Source: Dendrobates tinctorius
Lineage: Eukaryota
Direction: 5' to 3'
DNA: 64,000 bases
NCBI RefSeq assembly: GCF_039654945.1
Contig: NW_027361707.1
Span: forward strand, 55,738,001 to 55,802,000
Made by a program: the position numbers and the translations under genes. Shown here piece after piece: positions 13,645 to 25,228 of this stretch (positions within the stretch are counted from its first letter, which is position 1; each line of letters opens with the position of its first letter). The notes beneath the pieces are model-generated. The model saw only the letters and a program-made list of their open reading frames with translations. It did not search any database and was not told the DNA's origin.

Positions 13645-16600
13645 GTGTTTCCACTGCTTAGGCACATCACAGGGTCTCCGAACGCAACATGGCGCCACGA
13701 ATTATTCCAGCCAATTTTGCGTTCAAAATGTCAAACAGCGCTATCTCCATTCCGAGCCCTGACGTGTGCCCAAACAGTGGTTTACCCTCACATATTGGGT
13801 ATCAGCGTACTCAGGAAAAATTGCACAACAACTTTGGGGGTCTAATTTCTCCTGTTACCCTTGGGAAAATAAAAAACTGGGGGCTAAAAAAATGATTTTT
13901 GTGAAAAAAAATGATTTTTTTATTTTCACGGCTCTGAGTTATAAACTTCGGTGAAGCACTTGGGGGTTCAAAGTGCTCATCACACATCTAGATAAGTTCC
14001 TTGGGGGGTCTAGTTTCCAAAATGGGGTCACTTGTGGGGGGTTTCCACTGTTTAGGCACATCACGGGGTCTCCGAACGCGACATGGCGCCACGATTTATT
14101 CCAGCCAATTTTGCGTTCAAAATGTCAAACAGCGCTATCTCCATTCCGAGCCCTGACGTGTGCCCAAACAGTGGTTTACCCTCACATATGGGGTATCAGC
14201 GTACTCAGGAAAAATTGCACAACAACTTTGGGGTCTAATTTCTCCTGTTACCCTTGGGAAAATAAAAAACTGGGGGCTAAAAAAATGATTTTTGTGAAAA
14301 AAAATGATTTTTTTATTTTCATGGCTCTGAGTTATAAACTTCGGTGAAGCACTTGGGGGTTCAAAGTGTTCATCACACATCTAGATAAGTTCCTTGTGGG
14401 GGTCTAGTTTCCAAAATGGGGTCACTTGTGGGGGGTTTCCACTGTTTAGGCACATCATGGGGTCTCCGAACGCGACATGGCGCCACGATTTATTCCAGCC
14501 AATTTTGCATTCAAAATGTTAAACAGCACTCCCTCCATTCCGAGCCCCGACGTGTGCCCAAACAGTGGTTTACCCCCACATATGAGGTATCAGCGTACTC
14601 AGGAAAAATTGCACAACAACTTTGGGGGTCTAATATCTCCTGTTACCCTTGGGAAAATAAAAAATTGGGGGTTAAAAAAATGATTTTTGTGAAAAAAAAT
14701 GATTTTTTTATTTTCACAGCTCTGAGTTATAAACTTCGGTGAAGCATTTGGGGGTTCAAAGTGCTCACCACACATCTAGATAAGTTACTTGGGTGGTCTA
14801 GTTTCCAAAATGGGGTCACTTGTGGGGGGTTTCCACTGTGTAGGTACATCAGAGATTCTGCAAACGTAACATGACACCCGCAGACCATTCCATCAAGTTG
14901 GTATTTCAAAATGTCACTACTTCCCTTCCGAGCCCCGACGTGTGCCCAAACAGTGGTCCCTCCCCACATATTGGGTACCAGCGTACTCAGGACAAACTGG
15001 ACAACTACTTATGAGGTCCAATTTCTTCTGTTACCCTTGGGAATATAAAAGATTGCGGGCTAAAAAATCATTTTTTGAGGAAAAAAAAAGATTTTTTATT
15101 TTCACGGCTCTGCGTTATAAACTTCTGTGAAGCACTTGGGGGTTCAAAGTGCTCACCACACATCTAGATAAGTTCCTTGGGTGGTCTAGTTTCCAAAATG
15201 GGGTCACTTGTGGGGGGTTTCCACTGTTTAGGCACATCAGAGGCTCTGCAAACGTAACATGACGCCCGCAGACCATTCCATCAAGTCGGTATTTCAAAAC
15301 GCCACTACTTCCCTTCCAAGCCCCGACGTGTGCCCAAACAGTGGTCCCTCTCCACATATTGGGTACCAGCGTACTCAGGACAAACTGGACAACAACTTTT
15401 GGTGTCCAATTTCTCCTGTTACCATTGTGAAAATCAAAAATAGCAGGCTAAAAAATCATTTTTTGAGGAAAAAAAAATATTTTTATTTTCACAGCTCTGC
15501 GTTATACACTTCTGTAAAGCACCTGGGGGTTCAAAGTGCTCACTATGCATCTAGATAACTTCCTTAGGGGGTCTAGTTTCCAAAATGGGGTGATTTGTGA
15601 GGGAGCTCCAAAGTGTAGGCAGACAGGGCCTCTCCAAACACGACATGGTGTCCGCTAACGATTGGAGCTAATTTTCCATTCAAAAATGGCGCTCCTTCCC
15701 TTCTGAGCCCTGCCGTGCACCCAAACAGTGGTTCCCCACCACATATGGGGTGCCAGCGTACTCAGGACAAACTGAACAGCATCTTCAGCGGTCCAATTTA
15801 TCCTGTTACCCTTGTGAAAATAAAAAATAGCGGGCTAAAAAATCATTTTTGAGGAAAAAAAATGATTTTTTATTTTCATGGCTCTGCCTTTATAAACTTC
15901 TGTGAAGCACTTGGGGGTTCAAAGTGCTCACTACACATCTAGATAAGCTCCTTGGGGGGTCTAGTTTCCAAAATGGGGTCACTTGTGGGGGGTTTCTACT
16001 GTTTAGGCACATCAGGGGCTCTGCAAGCGCAACATGATGCCCGCAGAACATCCCATCAGTCTGCATTCCAAAATCGCGCTCCTTCCCTTCTGAGCTCTCC
16101 CATGCGCCCAAACAGTAGTTTCCCCTGACATATGGGGTATCGGTGTACTCAGGACAAATTACACAACAACGTTTGTGGTCCAATTTCTCCTGTTAGCCTT
16201 GTGAATATAAAATATAGCGGGCTAAAAAATCATTTTTGAGGAAAAAAAATTATGTTTTATTTTCACTGCTCTGCGTCATAAACTTCTGTGAAGCACTTGG
16301 GGGTTCAGTGTGCTCACCACACATCTACATAAGTTCCTTGGGTGGTCTAGTTTCCAAAATGGGGTCACTTGTGGGGGAGCTCCAATGTTTAGGTACACAG
16401 GGGCTCTCCAAACACGACATGGTGTCCACTAACGATTGGAGATAATTTTCCATTCAAAAAGTCAAATGGTGCTCCTTCCCTTCGGGACCCAGCCGAGTGC
16501 CCAAACAGTGGTTTATGACCACATATGAGGTATCGGTGCACTCAGGAGAAATTGCCCAACAAATTTTAGGATCCATTTTATCCCATTGCCCATGTGAAAA

Positions 16601-17060
16601 TGAAAAAACTGAGGCTAAAAGAAAATTTTTGTGAAAAAAAAGTCCTTTTTTTTACTGATCAATTTGTGAAGCACCTGGGGGTTCAAAGTGCTCACTATGC
16701 ATCTAGATAAGTTCCTTGGAGGGTCTAGTTTCCAAAATGGGGTCACGTGTGGGGGAGCTCCAATGTTTAGGCGCACAGGGACTCTCCAAACGCGACATGG
16801 CAACCGCTAAATATTCCAGCATATTTTCCATTCAAAAAGTCAAATGGTGCTCCTTCCATTCTGAGCTCTGCCGTGCACCCAAACAGTGGTTTATGACCAC
16901 ATATGATGTATCGGTGCACTCAGGAGAAATTGCCCAACAAATTTTAGGATCTATTTTATCCTGTTGCCCATGTGAAAATAAAAAATTGATGCTAAAAGCA
17001 AATTTTTGTTGGAAAAATTAAAATGTTCATTTTTTTCCTTCCACATTGCTTTAGTTGGTG
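13645..17060 (+). repeat. Tandem array of ~9 units of ~380-394 bp inside copy 1
   Basis: Unit starts at ~13647, 14041, 14435, 14829, 15217, 15603, 15993, 16378 and 16755. Each junction carries TCTAGTTTCCAAAATGGGGT. Confidence 0.95.
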
Positions 17061-18370
17061 TGAAGCACCTGAAGGGTTAATAATCTTCTTGAATGTAATT
17101 TTGAGTATCTTGAGGGGTGCAGTTTTTAGAATGGTGTCACTTTTGGGTATTTTCTACCATATAGACCCCTCAAAGTGACTTCAAATGTGAGGTGGTCCCT
17201 AAAAAAAATGGTTTTGTAAATTTTGTTGTAAAAATGAGAAATCGCTGGTCAACTTTTAACCCTTATAACTTCCCAACCCCAAAAAAAATTGTTTCCAAAA
17301 TTGTGCTGATGTAAAGTAGACATGTGGGAAATGTTATTTATTAACTATTTTGTGTCACATAACTCTCTGGTTTAACGGAATAAAAATTCAAAATGTGAAA
17401 ATTGCGAAATTTTCAAAATTTTCGCCAAATTTCCGTTTTTTTTCACAAATAAATGCAAATATTATCGACCTAAGTTTACCACTAACATGAAGCCCAATAT
17501 GTCACGAAAAAACATTCTCAGAATCGCTAGGATCCGTTGAAGCGTTCCTGAGTTATTACCTCATAAAGGGACACTGGTCAATATTGCCAAAAATGGCCAG
17601 GTCATTAACCCCTTCACGACCCATGACGCCTACGTAGGCGTCATGAAAAGTCATGCCCAAATGACCTATGACGCCTACGTAGGCGTCATGCTATAAATAG
17701 CCCCCCTGCGGGTCGGGTGACCAGGGTCACTGAAAGGTCACCCGACCCGCACACAAAGGACCCTTCAGAGTTAACACCTGGGGGTGTGGCTTAGCCCCCA
17801 CGTGCCTACGATCGCTCTGATTGGCTGTTAAAAGTGAAACTGCCAATCAGAGCGATTGTAATATTTCACCAATGAAAATTGGTGAAATATTACAATCCAG
17901 CCATGGCCGATGCTAAAGTAGCAACGGACATGGCAGGACACTGAGACCCGACCCCCCCCCACACCGACTGACGGCACCGATCGGCTGCCGCCACCGTCTG
18001 ACGGCACCGATCGGCAGCCGCCGTCATAATCTGCCCCCGCCTTCCCTCCGCCCCCCCAGCCCTCCGATCACCCCTCCGATCACCCCTCCGATCACCCACT
18101 CTCACCCTCCTTTGTGCCTCCGACCTCCCGCTATACGTCCCGGTGTCCCGCCGTCCAGCGTCATGGGCGCCGCCATCTTGCAAGATGGCGGGCGCATGCG
18201 CAGTGCACCGAATCGAATCTGCAAGGCTGCAGATTCATTTATTTTGATCACTATGATAAACTTTCATAGAGATCAAAATAAAAGAAAAGTAAATCACCGC
18301 CCCCCTTATCACCCCCATAGGTAAGGACAAATAATAAAATAAAAAAAATATATATTTTTTTCTTTTTCCA

Positions 18371-18745
18371 TTAGGGTTAGGTCCAGGGCTAGGGTTAGAG
18401 TTAGGGTTAGGGCTAGGGCTAGGGTTAGGGTTAGGGTTAGGGCTAGGGTTAGGGCTAGGGTTGGAATTAGGGTTAGGGTTAGAAATAGGGTTGAGGTTGG
18501 ACTAAGGGTTAGGGTTGGACTAAGGGTTAGGGTTGGACTTAGGGTTAGGGTTGGACTTAGGGTTAGGGTTGGAATTGGGATTAGGGTTGGCTTGGGTTTG
18601 GGATTACGGTTAGGCTTGTGGTTAGGGTTAGAGTTGGGATTTCGTTAGGGGTGTGTTGGGATTAGGGTTGTGGTTAGGGTTATGATTAGGGTTGGGATTA
18701 GGGTTAGGGGTGTGTTGGGGTTAGGGTTGCAGATAGAATTGAGGG
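18371..18745 (+). repeat. Degenerate interstitial telomeric (TTAGGG)n array inside transposon copy 2
   Basis: TTAGGG/CTAGGG runs and a TTAGGGTTGGAC variant. The 3' degenerate tail aligns with that of 13265-13640. Confidence 0.95.
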
Positions 18746-18746
18746 G

Positions 18747-21390
18747 TTTCCACTGTTTAGGCACATCACAGGGTCTCCAAACGTGACATGGAGCCACCAT
18801 TTATTCCAGCCAATTTTGCGTTCAAAAAGTCAAACGGTGCTCCCTCCATTTCGAGCCCCGACGTGTGCCCAAGCAGTGGTGTACCCCCACTTATGGGGTA
18901 TCAGCGCACTCAGGAAAAATTGCACAACAATTTGGCCATCTAATTTCTCCTGTTACCCTTGGGAAAATAAAAAAATGGGGACTAAAATAATTATTTTTGT
19001 GGAAAAAAAAGATTTTTTATTTTCACGGTTCTGCGTTATAAACTTCTGTGAAGTACTTGGAGGTTCAACGTGCTCACCACACATCTAGATAAGTTCCTTG
19101 GGGGGTTTAGTTTCCAAAATGGGGTCACTTGTGGGGAGTTTCCACTGTTTAGGTACATCAGGGACACTGCAAACGTAACATGACGCCCACAGACCATTCC
19201 ATCAAGTCTTCACTTCAAAGCATCACTACTTCCCTTCCGAGCCCCAACGTGTGCCCAAACAGGGGTCCCCCCCACTTATGGGGTACCAGCGTACTCAGGA
19301 CACACTGGACAACAACTTTTGGGATCCAATTTATCCTGTTACCCTTGTGAAAATAAAAAATAGTGGACTAAAAATCATTTTTTGAGGAAAAAAAATATTT
19401 TTTATTTTCACGGCTCTGCGTTATAAACTTCTGTGAAGCACTTGGGGGTTCAAAGTGCTCACCACACATCTAGATTAGTTCCTTGGGTGATCTAGTTTCC
19501 AAAATGGGGTCACTCGTGGGGGGTTTGCACTGTTTAGGTACATCAGGGGCTCTGCAAACGTAACATGACGCCCGCAGACCATTCCATCAAGTCGGCATTT
19601 CAAAACATCACTACTTCCCTTCTGAGCCCCAACGTGTGCCCAAACAGTGGTCCTCCCCACATATGGGGTACCAGCGTACTCAGGACAAGCTGGACAACAA
19701 CTTTTGGGGTCCAATTTATCCTGTTACCTTTGTGAAAATAAAAAATAGCAGGCTAAAAATTTATTTTTTGAGGAAAAAAAATATTTTTATTTTAACGGCT
19801 CTGCGTTATAAACTTCTGTGTAGCACCTGGGGGTTCAAAGTGCTCAGTATGCATCTAGATAAGTTCCTTAGGGGGTCTAGTGTCCAAAATGGGGTCATTT
19901 GTGGGGGAGCTCCAAAGTTTACGCACACAGGGGCTCTGCAAACACGACATGGTGTCCGCTAACGATTGGAGCTAATTTTCCATTCAAAAAGTCAAATGAC
20001 GCTCCTTCCCTTCTGAGCCATGCCGTGCGCTCAAACAGTGGTTTCCCCCCACATATGGGGTACCAGTGTACTCAGAACAAACTGGACAACAACTTTTGGA
20101 GTCCAATTTATCCTGTTACCCTTGGGAAAATAAAAAATAGCGGGCTAAAAAATCATTTTTGAGGAAAAAAAAATATTTTTTTATTTTCATGGCTCTGCAT
20201 TTATAAACTTCTGTGAAGCACTTGGGGATTCAGAGTGCTCACTACACATCTAGATAAGCTCCTTGGGGTTCTAGTTTCCAAAATGGGGTCACTTGTGGGG
20301 GTTTCTACTGTTTAGACACACAGGGGCTCTGCAAACGCAACATGACGCCCGCAGAACATTCCATCAAAGTCTGCATTCCAAAATGGCGCTCCTTCCCTTC
20401 TGAGCTCTCCCGTGTGCCCAAACAGTGGTTTCCCCCCACATATGGGGTATCGGCGTACTGAGAACACATTGCACAGCAACTTTTGTGGTTCAATTTCTCC
20501 TGTTAGCCATGTGAAAATAAAAAATAGCGGGCTAAAAAATCTTTTTTGAGGAAAAAAAAAAAAAATTTTTATTTTCACTGCTCTGCGTTATAAACTTCTG
20601 TGAAGCACTTGGGGGTTCAAAGTGCTCAGCACACATCTAGATAAGTTCCTTCGGGGGTCTAGTTTCCAAAATGGGGTCACTTGTGGGGGAGCTCCAATGT
20701 TTAGGCACACAGGGGCTCTCCAAATGCGACATGGTGTCCGCTAACGATTGGAGCTAATTTTCCAATCAAAAAGTGACATGGCGCTCCTTCCCTTCGGGGC
20801 CCTGCGGTGCGCCCAAACAGTGGTTTATGACCACATATGAGATATTGATGTACTCAGGAGAAATTGCCCAACAAATTTTAGGATCCATTTTATCCTGTTG
20901 CCCATGTGAAAATGAAAAAACTGAGGCTAAATAAAATTTTTGTGAAAAAAAAAGTACTTTTTTTTTTACAGATCAATTTATGAAGCACCTGGGGGTTCAA
21001 AGTGCATACTATGCATCTAGATAAGTTCCTTGGAGGGTCTAGTTTCCAAAATGGGGTCACTTGGGGGGGAGCTCCAATGTTTAGGCACACAGGTACTCTT
21101 CAAACGCGACATGGCAACCGCTTAATATTCCAGCATATTTTACATTCAAAAAGTAGAATGGCGCTCCTTGCCTTCTGAGCCCTGCCGTGCGCCCAAACAG
21201 TGGTTTATGACAACATATGAGGTATCGGTGTACTCAGGAGAAATTGCCCAACAAATTTTAGGATACATTTTATCCTGCTACCCATGTGAAAATGAAAAAA
21301 CTGATGCTAAAAGAAAATTTTGATTGGAAAAATTAAATTGTCCATTTTTTCATTCCATGTTGCTTTAGTTCCTGTGAAGCACCTGAAGGG
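18747..21390 (+). repeat. Tandem array of ~7 units of ~385-390 bp inside copy 2
   Basis: Unit starts at ~18747, 19138, 19523, 19908, 20300, 20690 and 21070. Confidence 0.95.
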
Positions 21391-24300
21391 TTAATAATCT
21401 TCATGAATGTAGTTTTGAGTAGCTTGAGGGGTTCAGTTTTTAGAATGGTGACACTTTTGGGTATTTTCTGCCATATAGACCCCTCAAAGTGACTTCAAAT
21501 GTGAGGTGGTCCCTAAAAAAAAATGGTTTTGTAAATTTTGTTGTAAAAATGAGAAATCGCTGGTCAACTTTTAACCCTTATAACTTCCTAACGAAAAAAA
21601 ATGTTGTTTCCAATATTGTGCTGATGTAAAGTAGACATGTGGGAAATGTTATTTATTAACTATTTTGTGTCATTTTTATTCTGGTTTAACAGAATAAAAA
21701 TTCAAAATTTGAAAATTGCAAAATTTTCGCCAAATTTCCATTTTTTCACAAATAAATGCAAAAATTATCGACCTAAATTTACCACTATCATGAAGCCCAA
21801 TATGTCACGAAAAAACAGTCTCAGAATCGCTAGGATGCGTTGAAGCGTTCCTGAGTTACTACCTCATAAAGGGACATTGGTCAAAATTGCTAAAAATGGC
21901 CTGGTCATTAAGGTCAAAATAGGCTGGGTCATGAAGGGGTTAAGGTCAAAATAGGCTGGGCCATGAAGGGGTTAAAAATGCAATTTTCAAACTTTTAATT
22001 TTTATGCCCTTAAATCAGAGCGTCATATTGCCCAAAATAGTTAATAAATAATATTTCCCATATGTCTACTTAACATCAGCGCAATCTTTGAAACATAATT
22101 TTTTTGTTAGTAAGATATAAGGGTTAAAATTTGACCATCATTTTCTCATTTTTACAACAAAATTTTCAAATCCATTTTTTTAGGGATCACCTCACATTTG
22201 AAGTGACTTTGAGGGGTTTATATGATGGAAAATACCCAAAAGTGACATCATTTTAAAAACTGCACCCCTCAAGGTACGCAAAACCACATTCAAGTAGTTT
22301 GTTAACTCTTCAGGTGCTTCACCGGAATTTTTGGAATGTGGAAGAAAAAAATAAGCATTTACTTTTCTTTCACAAAAATTTTCACTTAGACCTTTTTTTA
22401 TTTTTGCAAGGGTAACAGGAGAAAGTGGACCATACAGTTTGTTGTGCAATTTCTCCTGAGCATGCTGATATCCCAAATGTGGGGGAAATCCACTGTTTGA
22501 GCACATGACAGGGCTGGGAAGGGAAAGAGCGCCATTTCACTTTCTGAATGTAAAATTTGCTGGCATAATTAGCAGACACCATGTCATGTTTGGAGAGCCC
22601 CTGATGTGCCTAAACAGTGCAAACCCCCAACAAATGACACCATTTTGGAAAATAGACCTCTTAGGGAACCTATCTAGATGTGTATTGAGCACCTTGAACT
22701 CACAAGTGCTTCACTGAAGTTTATAACGTAATGCCGTGAAAATAAAAAAATAACATTTTTCCCAGACAAATCTTTTTTAGCTCCAAATTTTGCATTTTCA
22801 TAAGGGTAACAGGAGAAAGTGCTTCATACAATTTGTTGTACAACTTCTCCTGAGTATGCAGATACCCAATATGTGGAGGAAAACAACTGTATGTGTGCAT
22901 GGCAGAGCTTGGAAAGGAAGGAACGCCGTTTGACTTTTTGAATGTAAAATTTGCTGGAATAATTAGCGGATGCCATGTCACGTTTGGAGAGCTGCTGATG
23001 TGCCTTAAACAGTGGAAACCCCCAACAAGTGAAACAATTTTGGAAACTAGAGAACTTATCTAAATTTTTATTGAGCACCTTGAACCCACATGTGCTTCAC
23101 AGAAATTTATAACGTTAAGCCGTTAAAATAAAAAGATCACATTTTTCTTGGGTAAATCTTTTTAGCTCCAAATTTTGTATTTTCACAAGGGTAACAGAAA
23201 AATATTGCGCCCAAAATTTGTTGTGCAACATCTCCCGATAGCTCATATGTCATCAAAAACTACTTTTGAGGCACAGTGCAATGCTCAAAACAGAAGAAGC
23301 GCCACATTATAGTACAGATTTTGCTCCACTTGTTTGAGGGTGCCATGTTACAATGGCAGAGTCTCTCATTTGCCAACACAGCAGAAATCTCCATATGTGA
23401 CCCCATTTTACAAACTAAACCTCTCAATGAATTCATCTAGGGGTGCAGTGATTATATTAACACCACAGGTGTGTTACAGACTTTTATACCATTGTGCAGT
23501 GAAGATAAAATAATGTCCATTTTTACCACCAAGATTGTGTGTTAGCCCCAAGTTTTTAATTTTTATACTGGGAAATGGGCAAAAATGGCACCAAAATTTA
23601 TCATTTATCCCACAATTACTACTGAATATGGCAATACCCCATATGTGGCTGTGCAGTACTACTTAGCCATATGGAGAGACTCTGGATGGACGAAATGCTA
23701 TATGCCTCCTAGAAGGCAGATATTCCAAGAATAGTTTGTGGATTTAATATAAAGAGCCCCTAAGTGAGAGAAAAGCAGGATCCCCCCTCAAATGACTTTA
23801 CGTTGGAAATTATAACCCTTTGGGAATTTAACTACAGATGTAGTGACAATTTTCTATAGGTGTTTTCCAGAAACAAGCAGCAGTGGATGTTGCTGAGCGA
23901 AAATTGCAAACTGCCATTGTAGTAACCAGCACATTATGCCCAGCTCATGTTTCTGGAGACACACACCCGTATGTTAGGTGGGCTTTCATCACTACAGAAA
24001 TGCCAAACATGTGGGCGCTAAATGTGGTTTAGGCACGCTGGGGCTGAGAAGGCAGGGAGGCATTTGGATTTGGGAGCGGAGAATTTGCTAAATTTCTTTT
24101 GAGAAATGAGAAGCCATTTTGCTTTTCCAGAGCCTTTGTGCTACCAGTAACGTGGAAGCCCTCTATATTTCCGCTAACAGGTGATGGACCTGAGTAGGGA
24201 CTAGCTTTTCTTGTGGATTGAGTGTAAGCTTTTATTGGGAACATTTTACATTACATTACGGATCGCATTTATCCGGTGCTATACGCTGAGCACTTACATT

Positions 24301-24802
24301 TCAGTTTCCATCTAAATCTCCAAGTAATGTGACAGATGGAACCTCCAAAGTATCCATTCACTATAATGAGGAAGCAGAGTTACTCTGGACTCCATCTGGC
24401 TTATCTTGAACAGTGTCCTTCTTTTCAGAAGAACACAAAACTGTAGCCGATGGCACTTTTATGGAATCCTTAAAAGATAGACACTGCCGGATCAAAGGTC
24501 TTATGGCATCCACAGTGTCTCTATCTGCCTCATTATAGGGAATCTTCCACTGGGGCTCTGTCTGTATCACGTATTACAGAGACTTACACTGAAACCCCGA
24601 TGTAAGCGCTCAGCGTAGAGCGCAGTATATATGTGCGCCGAGCCTTACTGCTATCTTTGGGAGACAGTAGGTGAAGAATTGGTTTCATTTATTTTTTACA
24701 CTGTTCCTCATGCGGTATAAATGATTAGGTGGCTTTATTTTTATACAAGATTTATAATCGGGTTTTTATTTTTGACTTCCGTGATACACTAAAAGACACC
24801 CA

Positions 24803-25228
24803 GGCTACTTTCACACTTGCGTTTTTTTGCGCTGCACACCGTGTGCAGTGCAAACGCACATAAAAAACACATCATGCGTTTGTGTGCGTTTTTTGTGGGT
24901 TTGGGTGCGTTTTTTAAAAAAAAGCATGCTTTTTTGCGCATACGTGCGCATTACCATGCGCACGTATGTGCACCCATAGACTAGAATGGGTGTTTGGGTG
25001 AAAAAAAACGCATTGCGTGCGCATGCGTTTTTTTGGGGCAAATCGGGCGCACAAAAAATGCAACAGGATGCATTTTGTGCGCCTGAGTGCGCACTACAAA
25101 AAAACGCATGTGCATACAAACGCGTACAAACGCATGTGTATACGCACCCATGTAAAGCATAGGAAAAAACGCATGCTTTTTTTGCGCAAAAAAACAGCGC
25201 AAAAAAAAACGCAAGTGTGAAACCAGCC
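24803..25228. mobile_element. PIF/Harbinger-type MITE nested in the outer piggyBac-like element
   Basis: TIR GGCTACTTTCACACTTGCGTTTTTTT / AAAAAAACGCAAGTGTGAAACCAGCC followed by TAA. Internal AAAACGCA repeats. Confidence 0.75.

Larger units (their letters stand above)
17609..21939 (+). mobile_element. piggyBac-like non-autonomous element copy 2, inserted into copy 1
   Basis: TTAA (17605-17608) CCCCTTCACGACC ... GGTCATGAAGGGG TTAA (21940-21943). The remaining 28 bp of copy 1 follow at 21944-21971. Confidence 0.92.
12534..21971 (+). mobile_element. piggyBac-like non-autonomous element copy 1 (telomere-repeat-bearing)
   Basis: TTAA (12530-12533) CCTCTTCACGACC ... GGCCATGAAGGGG TTAA (21972-21975). 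No transposase ORF. Confidence 0.9.

Noticed and set aside
13265-18745. TTAGGG arrays as a real telomere or chromosome-fusion scar
   Set aside because: They are short, degenerate, in the same orientation (no head-to-head TTAGGG/CCCTAA), and sit at the same position inside two TSD-flanked elements.
13645-23100. Many repeated 60-125-aa ORFs and a CRISPR-like periodicity
   Set aside because: These are translations of the ~390-bp tandem unit in all frames. Whole units are homologous, there are no unique spacers or cas genes, and the context is eukaryotic.
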